DNA of 64,000 nt from a virus: the IMG/VR virus record IMGVR_UViG_3300042332_001447, positions 1-64,000 of that record. One strand, 5' to 3'. Shown one piece after another: positions 10,954-18,587 of the stretch. Every line of letters starts with the position of its first letter. The first letter of the stretch is position 1. Below the pieces are notes generated by a model. That model worked only from the letters and a program-made list of their open reading frames with translations. It did no database searches and had not been told where the DNA came from. The position numbers and the translations under genes are program-made.

Positions 10954-11684
10954 AATTCCTTAATTATATCCTGTTTAAACACCTTAGGTGCCTGTTCATA
11001 CGATTTCAAATCTTCATCTTTTGCGTTTTTTGTGTATTGCCAGTTCCATGAAAGAATATCAGGTACTTTAAACCCATAAAATTCAAGCACATGTTTTTGT
11101 ACCTTAACAACTTCTTGACCGTTCCAGTTTTGACCGATGAAAATAACACCTGATTCTATATTTTTCAATATATTTGATTCCTTAAGTGTTGTGTGTCTAT
11201 TTTCTAACCATGACAATCGCTCTATAAGTTTCTGATAAATAGCGTTTGTTTGTCCCCATCTTATTGATCCGAAGAATAAGACAACATCGCTATTAAAGAG
11301 TTCTTTTGATATCTTCCAGAGCTCGTCATCTTTATTATTAATTGACGCCCAACATCTATGACAGCCTGTTGGGTTTTTTTCTTTATCTTTTAATGCAGAG
11401 TTTTTTGTGCCGCAGTGATTTCCTTTGAGAGAATCACTTACATTACCTTCGCAATCGTAGATATTAAGCTTTGAAACATCTATCAATGTCGTTTTACCGA
11501 TCAGTTTTTCTTCAAACAATCTCGCTAACTGCGTACTTTTTGGTGTATCATCTGAACCTTTCCATCTATTGCTCGTACATAAAAGAAGTATTTTCTTCTT
11601 TGTAGAGAGATACTCTATCATACTTTTTAGCTGTGTTTGCTGTTTAGCTTCAGCTAAAAAATAATGCATTGTAATATCGTTCAT
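10950..11684 (-). CDS. NAD(P)H-dependent FMN reductase / multimeric flavodoxin family protein
   Basis: TSNR...STQLA, IYDCEGNVS, DDELWKI, SDVVLFFGSIRWG flavodoxin-like motifs. Confidence 0.75.
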   Translation of the reverse strand: MNDITMHYFLAEAKQQTQLKSMIEYLSTKKKILLLCTSNRWKGSDDTPKSTQLARLFEEKLIGKTTLIDVSKLNIYDCEGNVSDSLKGNHCGTKNSALKDKEKNPTGCHRCWASINNKDDELWKISKELFNSDVVLFFGSIRWGQTNAIYQKLIERLSWLENRHTTLKESNILKNIESGVIFIGQNWNGQEVVKVQKHVLEFYGFKVPDILSWNWQYTKNAKDEDLKSYEQAPKVFKQDIIKEL

Positions 11685-11730
11685 TTAATTAATTATTCGA
11701 ATTTTATGTCTGTACGCTTAAATAACATAA

Positions 11731-12030
11731 ATGATACCTGATGATTATAGTTTTAAAACGAGTGGGGAGTTCCCGGTGCCTATTAACTTAGCTCCTCCTG
11801 TTAAAAAGATCTTACCATTTCCACTAGAAAATATTGAAGAAGATCTTGGTAATATATATTTTGAATTAGACAAAGTGCGCAAACGCATAGAGGTTACTAA
11901 ACGTAATAACACTGCTAATCTTGCAAAAGCGAGACTCGAAAAACTTAAAAAAATGCAGTTTAAAATTAATACTGCAATGAGTTTTGTGAGAAAATTAGTT
12001 TTAGACCTCGATGATTTTTGGATTAACTAG
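11731..12030 (+). CDS. Hypothetical coiled-coil protein
   Basis: 99 aa, TAAATA upstream. Confidence 0.55.
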   Translation: MIPDDYSFKTSGEFPVPINLAPPVKKILPFPLENIEEDLGNIYFELDKVRKRIEVTKRNNTANLAKARLEKLKKMQFKINTAMSFVRKLVLDLDDFWIN

Positions 12031-12466
12031 TCTGAATAATTTCAGGTATTACCACCTTTTCGAGAGGTACAGTTATTTGTGTTGAGAAGAACTGCATCTT
12101 AACCCCGTTAACTTGTTGACAAGATTCGCATTTATACCTATTTTCGTTATTAAGCACGATAGGTACTGAATTTGAATTAGAACAGTATGCACAGGTAAGC
12201 TTAATGACATACTTAGACAAAGCATTTAACTGATCTGTTGTAATTTTTGCTTCAGTTTCTTCATCTTTTTTTTGAAGAATAGTATTAAGCACGAAAAACA
12301 ACACAAACTGACAACCGAAAGCGATGAAAAACGTGCCCCAAAAGTTATTAAAGAGTATACTACCACCCACCCCTATAACTCCACTAACTACTAACGTGAA
12401 ACATAGAGAGAGTAATATTACAACAATTTCCGGGGAAGCTATAAAGTTTTTTATTTTAGCGAACAT
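12023..12466 (-). CDS. Membrane protein with zinc ribbon
   Basis: Two hydrophobic N-terminal segments; CAYC...CESC. Confidence 0.6.
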   Translation of the reverse strand: MFAKIKNFIASPEIVVILLSLCFTLVVSGVIGVGGSILFNNFWGTFFIAFGCQFVLFFVLNTILQKKDEETEAKITTDQLNALSKYVIKLTCAYCSNSNSVPIVLNNENRYKCESCQQVNGVKMQFFSTQITVPLEKVVIPEIIQTS

Positions 12467-12477
12467 ATTTAAAGTAT

Positions 12478-12705
12478 TTATCGCTTACCAAAATATTTTG
12501 AATAGATATTATCTGTTGCTTTTTCAACATAATCAAAAATATCTAAAGGATTTAGTTGGATAGATTCAAAATCAAGTTTCCTGTCTTCGCATTTATCACC
12601 AATGATGTTTACAGCTTCTTCAAGAGCTGTCCACCTGCAGAGCTGGTAGAGAGAGTAGGTGTTAATATCGATGTTTGTTAGTTTACTTGTTTTTGTTTTG
12701 TTCAT
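12478..12705 (-). CDS. Hypothetical protein
   Basis: 75 aa with a sigma70-like promoter 6 nt upstream. Confidence 0.6.
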   Translation of the reverse strand: MNKTKTSKLTNIDINTYSLYQLCRWTALEEAVNIIGDKCEDRKLDFESIQLNPLDIFDYVEKATDNIYSKYFGKR

Positions 12706-12711
12706 TAATTG

Positions 12712-12740
12712 AATATACAGCTTTTAGTAGGAACTAGCAA
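12712..12740 (-). promoter_or_regulatory. Sigma70-like promoter TTGCTA-N17-TATATT
   Basis: Canonical 17-nt spacing; -10 ends 6 nt before ATG at 12705. Confidence 0.55.
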
Positions 12741-12751
12741 GAAAAAAAAAA

Positions 12752-13015
12752 TTATTCTTTAGCATTTGCTACACAAACTTCAAACACATCTGGTGGTAAG
12801 CATTCCACCCATTCAAAAAGATTGGTTACTATTCCGCTGTTAAAATCATCTACGGTAACGTAAAACCGTGTACAGTCTGGTAATCTCATAAACTCAAGAG
12901 TTTCATCGTTTTCTTTTTTTATAAAGAGTACGAAATCTCCTCGTCTATACTTAGTTATTGCATACACCCCTCTCTCTTTAGGGGTATGAAACTTTTTCTT
13001 AAAAATACTAAACAC
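12752..13015 (-). CDS. Hypothetical protein
   Basis: 87-aa ORF. Confidence 0.5.
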   Translation of the reverse strand: MFSIFKKKFHTPKERGVYAITKYRRGDFVLFIKKENDETLEFMRLPDCTRFYVTVDDFNSGIVTNLFEWVECLPPDVFEVCVANAKE

Positions 13016-13038
13016 TAAATTATATTATGCTAGAAATT

Positions 13039-14550
13039 CTAAAAATTCCACAACCTTACTGCTCTTGTCGTACCATTTACGTTTAGAAGGAGAAAGTCTC
13101 CAGTAGCTGTAACTGGAGTTGTGAAAGTACTAAGTTCACTTGTAAGTGTGAGATTTGCAGGTTTTATGTCGAGGGTTTGTAAGCTAAACGAGTTTGCAAA
13201 TATAGTACCTGTTGCAGAAATATCCCCTGTAACTGTTAGAGGTCTATTAGGAGCAGGGGTGTTTATACCAACATTACCATCTATAAATACATTTTTCGTT
13301 GCAGACAAGGTGCTATTAACAACGAAAGTGTTACTCGGTAAGGTAGGCCAAACTCCTGTAGGTATATCTACGTTAATACTCACATAATTATCATCTGTAT
13401 TAACATATAGAGCTTTCTGCCCTATATTGAGATGTCTAGTGGCGGATATCTCTCCAGACACTGTTAATTGCTTGTTTGGGGTTGTGCCTATGCCAACGTT
13501 ATCATTTACTGTTAGGTTTTGAGAAACTAGTGCACTACCTATGACATGTAAATCAAACAACGGGGTTAAAGTATTAATACCTACTCTACCATTTGAACTC
13601 TTAACATGTAAAACATTACCTGCTACAGTTAGGTCTTTTTTGATTGACGCGTCACTATTTGCTAAAAGAGAACCACTTAACGATACATTTGTAAGTACAT
13701 CAAGTGAATTATCAATTTTTGTGTATGCGTTTGTATAAAAATTTGTTAAAGAAGGGTTATAAAAGAAACCAGGTCCACTAAAAACCCCATTTGACACGTT
13801 AATTTTACCGGTACCAGATATGTCTCCAACAACAGTTAGATCAGCATTCGGTGTTATGGTGTTAATACCGACTTTATTAGACGTAGAATTAACAAAAAAC
13901 GTATTATTATCCACTCTAAGAGATTTACCTACTACTAATTCCCCATTAAGTAGTGTGCTCCCGTTTACTTGCATGTCACCACCAAATACGACAGCAGTCT
14001 GTATAGTGAAAGAGTTGGTGATGAGAATATTGTCACACGTAATATTTTTTACGAGTGTGCTTCCGTCCTCAATATATAAAGCCCATTTAGGGCTATTGAG
14101 TATTAAAGCGGTATCTGTATTATGGGAAATCTTTGCAGAGTGAGTTTCTTTTGGTGAGTTTGCAGATAACACTCCCTGTAGAACAAAAGGTCCTTGAAAC
14201 GGAGAATCTGGGGACGCAATCGGATCGTACGATGAGTCTGGGTATCTTGGATCAGGGCTCGGATCAGTGTGATGGTTGTGTCTATGGAATTTACTCCTGT
14301 ATACCCAATTTTTTTATATAAGCTAGATTATATTGGGAGTGGACTATATCATCAACCTTACGGTTGCGGGGCGCTATTGAAGTCTTATTGTTTGGCTACT
14401 CAACTTCTAGTCTCTGCACCTTCTTAGTACTCTGTGCCTTCCTAAGCTTGGCTCAGGATTAAGTTTCTCAACTCTTCCCCTGAATTCACCCCGTTTGCAT
14501 ATACTATTACTAGTATAAGCCACTATAAATTAATGGAATCTTGTTGACAT
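13039..14550 (-). CDS. Intron-split fibre-like beta-repeat protein: join(14550..14533, 14295..13039), 424 aa
   Basis: Exon 1 ATG TCA ACA AGA TTC CAT joins in frame to AGT AAA TTC CAT AGA CAC AAC CAT CAC (MSTRFH|SKFHRHNHHTDPSPDPRYPDSSYDPIASP) and runs into the tracked ORF 13039-14172; VGIN/GDISATG repeats. Confidence 0.85.
14296..14532 (-). ncRNA. Group I self-splicing intron, ORF-less, 237 nt, IC3/trnL-like core
   Basis: P1 exon CCAU pairs with GUGG (U-G at the 5' splice site); P2 TATACTA/TAGTATA; P3 CGGGGTG/CGCCCCG; P AATTCAGGGGAA; Q AATCCTGAGCCAAG; R GGTGCAGAGACTAG; S ATGATATAGTCC; terminal G at 14296; P10 AATTTAT with exon 2 GTAAATT. Confidence 0.92.
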
Positions 14551-14795
14551 AAATTATAAAAAATACTTCTCCTTTGTTATATTTAATCATATTTTATAAA
14601 AAAAACGATTTTGTCTCCTCGGTTTCATGTATAATTAATATTAAGCTTATGAATAAAAAAAGAGAAAAAAAATGTTTTCATGTACCTGTTAACTGTAAGC
14701 AGTGCGGAGATATAACCCATCATAACAAGTATTACTACAAAAAAATGAATGGCGTAGTATTTTGTTCTCAGCGTTGTTGCGTTTACATTTCAGGA

Positions 14796-14840
14796 CTGAG
14801 TTTCATCTGAGTGACTAAAGATCACTCAGATGAAACTCAG
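14796..14840. repeat. Perfect 19-bp inverted repeat with 7-nt loop
   Basis: CTGAGTTTCATCTGAGTGA-CTAAAGA-TCACTCAGATGAAACTCAG. Confidence 0.95.
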
Positions 14841-15008
14841 CCTTGCAAAAGATAAATAAAAAAGATAAATAAAAATAACCCCTTCAATGGAAACAGATCT
14901 AAAACAAATAATAAAAAGACCTTTCAGTGGCGTAGCAAGGAAGACTCCGTCTTCCTTTTGGATGCTGATACCAAGTAAATCAAAGGCACAAAGAAACTAC
15001 TTTGGAGT

Positions 15009-15152
15009 TTCATCGGCAGGAACTGCCGATTACAGGCATGGAGCTAAAATAAGACTATTAAAGCAATTTAAAAGCAGCGGCTATGAAGTGTCTAAAAAGA
15101 AAGAACATTTATGTTCTGAAGCCAAACGATCTTTAGTCGTTCGGTAGTTCAC
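15009..15152 (+). ncRNA. TnpB omega-RNA scaffold (copy 2); predicted guide begins at 15153 (ATTATGTATATCTTAACGGA)
   Basis: Covarying hairpins relative to the tnpB-linked copy. Confidence 0.8.
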
Positions 15153-15336
15153 ATTATGTATATCTTAACGGAAGAAACATACTACAGATGAAAGACGTCT
15201 ATCAGTTAGATACAGAAAAGGATCTCTATTTAAAAAGAAAGTATGATACATATAAACATATCCAACGGTTTTATGAAGATAAAGATAATACAAAAAAATT
15301 TCCTGTAATAGAATAAATAATGGTAGTACACCTCTT

Positions 15337-15972
15337 ATGGACTTTACCCCGCACATTTTACCGATATTAGCAGCGTTCTTTACAGGTATTGCAGGCCCTG
15401 TATTAGTCGCCTTTGTAAAACATAGACTTAGCATTAAAAAAATAAACGAGATACAGAAAAGACGTACAGATTTTAATATAACTATTGACACACAACAAAA
15501 AATTAATAGATCTATCAACCAGTTTCAAACAAAGCACGATTTAGATAGAATTTGGATTGCACAATTTCATAACGGTGGTAATTTTTACCCAGGTAACAAG
15601 AGTATGAAAAAACTTTCTGTTACGTTTGAATCTACTAGACCTGGTATATCGACTGATATAATGAAAATGCAAAACTTACCGGTATCGTTCTTTAGTACTG
15701 TTTTGCAGGAAATGAACGTAAAACAGACAGGGTATATTATTGAAACTGCTGAAACAGAGGATAACGCATTTAAGGGATTCTGGGAAAGTCGCGGTATAAC
15801 TAGAACATATTTATTCCCTGTGATATGTATAGAAGGTGGGTTTATTGCTATTTTCGGTGTAGATTTTATTCACAGAGATGAAAAATTACCGGATAATGTT
15901 TTTAGGGAATTAGAAATAGAGTCGAAGCATTTATCGGGGTATATTGCTACTGTTTCTGTAGAAAAACATTAA
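15337..15972 (+). CDS. N-terminal TM protein with GAF-like domain (holin/antiholin-like)
   Basis: Single TM, DRIWIAQFHNGG motif, first gene of the lysis cassette; architecture recalls T4 holin T. Confidence 0.5.
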   Translation: MDFTPHILPILAAFFTGIAGPVLVAFVKHRLSIKKINEIQKRRTDFNITIDTQQKINRSINQFQTKHDLDRIWIAQFHNGGNFYPGNKSMKKLSVTFESTRPGISTDIMKMQNLPVSFFSTVLQEMNVKQTGYIIETAETEDNAFKGFWESRGITRTYLFPVICIEGGFIAIFGVDFIHRDEKLPDNVFRELEIESKHLSGYIATVSVEKH

Positions 15973-16000
15973 AACGCGAAAAAATAACATAAATAATTTT

Positions 16001-16597
16001 ATGTTATTAAGATATATTTACACAAGTTGTTTATCTATGCTTTTCTTAACGTCGTGTACTGTGTACACAGAGAAGCAATCTGAAGCGTTATCTCGCTCTG
16101 TATATGCTACAAAAGATTCAATTGATTACGCCCGAATAGATTTAGCGGATTATTATATTAGTGAATCTATTAGACTTGTAAGACCACCGAAAGAAAGAGT
16201 GTCTATACAATCAGTGTATAAAAAAGACGAGGTATCTACTAAAAAAAAAGTAGATACTGTAGTTAATAAACAGAGAGTGCTTTTAATACCAGAAAAATAT
16301 AAAAGTGATACGGTTGTTACGATTAACTCTCAAGAATACGAACAATTAATAAAAAATAAAGAAATATCTGTTCAATTAGAAAAAGATTTTGCAAATATAG
16401 CAAAAACAAAACAGTTAGTGGATACAGAGTTAACTCGTCAGATAGAGTATAGTGAAAGAATGATTAGAGATTTAAACACTATGCAAAAAAAGCTAGTGGA
16501 AAAAGACTTAGCTATATTACAAAGAAATATAATAATTGTTGCTTTATTAGCATCAATAGGGGTAGGAGTTTATTTGAGAATGAAAGGAGTATTATAA
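16001..16597 (+). CDS. Putative unimolecular spanin (lipoprotein with C-terminal TM)
   Basis: Lipobox LTSC at residues 16-19, coiled coil, C-terminal hydrophobic IIIVALLASIGVGVYL. Confidence 0.55.
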   Translation: MLLRYIYTSCLSMLFLTSCTVYTEKQSEALSRSVYATKDSIDYARIDLADYYISESIRLVRPPKERVSIQSVYKKDEVSTKKKVDTVVNKQRVLLIPEKYKSDTVVTINSQEYEQLIKNKEISVQLEKDFANIAKTKQLVDTELTRQIEYSERMIRDLNTMQKKLVEKDLAILQRNIIIVALLASIGVGVYLRMKGVL

Positions 16598-17028
16598 TGA
16601 TACCTGCTCTTAAAGATATTATACTAACAGCAACTGCTTTTTTGAGTAGTAACCGAGTTCCTCCAAATACACTACCGGAAGATTGCGAGAGGTTAAAGTC
16701 AATAAACCACATGGAATCTAAAAAATTTTTTATTGTTTTAACATCTGTGTTTATTCTTGCTTTTTTTTATTTTGCTAGTGTTGGAGTGTTATTCTTGTTA
16801 CCACATAATGCACCAGAATTTGTTAGCGGTTTTGTGACACTGTTCTCAAAAACAATTGAAATTTTAGCTGTTGTTATAGCGTCGTATGTTGGAGCACAAG
16901 CTGTTGTTGATTTAAAATACGCAAGTAACTCTAATGCTTCTTTAGCTGGTACAACCCACACTGAAGACATACAAAATGTAACTGTTATACAAACAAACAT
17001 AAAAGAAGATGATTATGAACTCAATTAA
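16597..17028 (+). CDS. Putative holin (2 TM)
   Basis: Two hydrophobic segments, directly upstream of and overlapping the endolysin. Confidence 0.5.
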   Translation: MIPALKDIILTATAFLSSNRVPPNTLPEDCERLKSINHMESKKFFIVLTSVFILAFFYFASVGVLFLLPHNAPEFVSGFVTLFSKTIEILAVVIASYVGAQAVVDLKYASNSNASLAGTTHTEDIQNVTVIQTNIKEDDYELN

Positions 17029-17632
17029 ACCGTCTAAAAAAACGTTAGATCTCTTACTTCAATACGAAGTCGGTGGTGGTAAATTGTACTACGAAAAACA
17101 TCTTTCAAAATTTACCTGGCCTGGCGGAGCATCAGGGCCAACAATCTCGATCGGGGTAGACTGTGCATATTATTCAGAAGCTGAATTAGCAGAAATATTT
17201 TCTTTTTTACCTGATGATCAAATAAAACAAGTTCAGGGTGCTTCAGGTAAAACCGGAGAAAAAGGTAAACAATACACTGTTATACTGAGAGCTGCAGGAA
17301 TTACTGTGAGTTGGGATAAAGCACTTGAAATTTTTGAAAAGTTAACTTGGCCAAAATTTACCAAGCTAGCTGAGAAGACATTTCCGGGATTAGCTGATTT
17401 ACACCCAGATGCTTACGGTGCAATCGTGTCTTTAGTCTTTAACAGAGGAACGAGTCTTTCTGGAGAGAAAAGAAAAGAAATGGCTAATATTAAAACACTA
17501 ATTCCTAAAAAAGATTATAAGAAAATCGCTAAAGAGTTTCGTAATATGAAGCGAATTTGGATAGGAAAAGGTCTTGATGGATTACTAGAAAGAAGAGAAG
17601 CTGAGGCTAAATTGATTGAAAGTGTGGTCTAG
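17009..17632 (+). CDS. Endolysin, lysozyme-like (GH24/pesticin-like muramidase)
   Basis: LLQYEVGG, WPGGASGPTISIGVD, AIVSLVFNRG, GLLERREAEAKL. Confidence 0.8.
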   Translation: MIMNSIKPSKKTLDLLLQYEVGGGKLYYEKHLSKFTWPGGASGPTISIGVDCAYYSEAELAEIFSFLPDDQIKQVQGASGKTGEKGKQYTVILRAAGITVSWDKALEIFEKLTWPKFTKLAEKTFPGLADLHPDAYGAIVSLVFNRGTSLSGEKRKEMANIKTLIPKKDYKKIAKEFRNMKRIWIGKGLDGLLERREAEAKLIESVV

Positions 17633-17817
17633 TGTATAGTTTCCCGGTAACAATACAGAGTCTCTCTTGAGTTTAGTTTAAAATAACGATCTTACCATAG
17701 TTTTAAAATACAACCATTCTCTGAGACATAGTAAATAAACAAATGTAGGGCTCTTCTTAACGTAAAAATACATTAACCAAAATAAGAATAGTGCATTACG
17801 CATAAATATAATTATAT

Positions 17818-18345
17818 ATGGGTATTAAAAAATTCGACATTCTTGTAAACAGTATCTTACAAGAAGGAGAAATCTTAACAAATGCTGAAGATGTTAACAA
17901 TCTAACATCTTACGATACAATAGTGAGTATTGTTAATAGAATGATCGAAGATCCAAGAGAGCTTTTACCGCCTGTTGATCTTAAAAAATTTATTATAAAA
18001 GATCCTAAGGAAAAAGACGGCTATAAGTTTACTTGGCGGTACGGTAATAGTATCTTTGTCGAAATTAAAGTAACACCGAGTAATATCTATATATACGATA
18101 TAAAGAGTGATAAAGTATTATTTAGTACACCTACTACTGAGAGCCCTGTACATAGTGTCGAAAACACAATTTTCACAGAGATTGAAAAGTTGATCGCAGC
18201 TGATAAACAAAAAGATGAATTAGGAGTCTCTACACCTCTTGAGCTCGGAGATATAAATAAATCCGCTTTACCAGGAGCTGAGAGAGAAGCTAATAATAAA
18301 GCTCCTACATCGAAAACGAGTGAGTATTTAAAAGGTCTTAGATAA
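17818..18345 (+). CDS. Hypothetical protein
   Basis: 175 aa, CATAAATA upstream. Confidence 0.6.
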   Translation: MGIKKFDILVNSILQEGEILTNAEDVNNLTSYDTIVSIVNRMIEDPRELLPPVDLKKFIIKDPKEKDGYKFTWRYGNSIFVEIKVTPSNIYIYDIKSDKVLFSTPTTESPVHSVENTIFTEIEKLIAADKQKDELGVSTPLELGDINKSALPGAEREANNKAPTSKTSEYLKGLR

Positions 18346-18505
18346 CAAAATCTTCGGGATCTATTTCATCGATCTTTTGTTTAAGATATTCTAAAGCGTA
18401 TTCTATATCAGTAATTTTTGTAAAATTACCTGCTATTGCTATTTCTATAATATCTTCAACCGCTGTATCTATTACGGATTCAATTTCGCTATGTTTTTGT
18501 GACAT
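18338..18505 (-). CDS. Small acidic hypothetical protein (likely start MSQKHS at 18505)
   Basis: The shorter start avoids overlap with phoH. Confidence 0.45.
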   Translation of the reverse strand: MSQKHSEIESVIDTAVEDIIEIAIAGNFTKITDIEYALEYLKQKIDEIDPEDFVI

Positions 18506-18587
18506 AAGTGTATAAAACGTATTTATACATCTCGGTAATATTTTTTGCGAACAGGAACCAGCAGTGGTCGCGATTAAATAATATAGA

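Larger units (their letters stand above)
14787..15152 (+). mobile_element. Non-autonomous IS200/IS605 mini-element (366 bp) carrying an omega-RNA
   Basis: Preceded by TTAC; left end homologous to 20906-20961; right end ...TCTTTAGTCGTTCGGTAGTTCAC; no RuvC domain coded. Confidence 0.85.
14649..15316 (+). pseudogene. Small Zn-finger protein gene interrupted by the mini IS200/IS605 element
   Basis: MNKKREKK..CKQCG..FCSQRCC runs to TTAC at 14786; a 53-codon open frame (15155-15316) follows the element's right end. Confidence 0.45.

Noticed and set aside
14544-14572. TTGACA as a sigma70 promoter
   Set aside because: No -10 box at 16-18 nt spacing; it is the reverse complement of exon 1 (ATGTCAA).
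14887-15147. 86-aa ORF as a functional protein
   Set aside because: Its C-terminal half is read-through of the omega-RNA; likely a remnant of an internally deleted tnpB, with no RuvC motifs.
14296-15152. IStron (group I intron fused to an IS)
   Set aside because: The intron is on the opposite strand, has its own splice sites and lies outside the IS ends; the tnpB element has only about 125 bp before tnpB, too little for a ribozyme.
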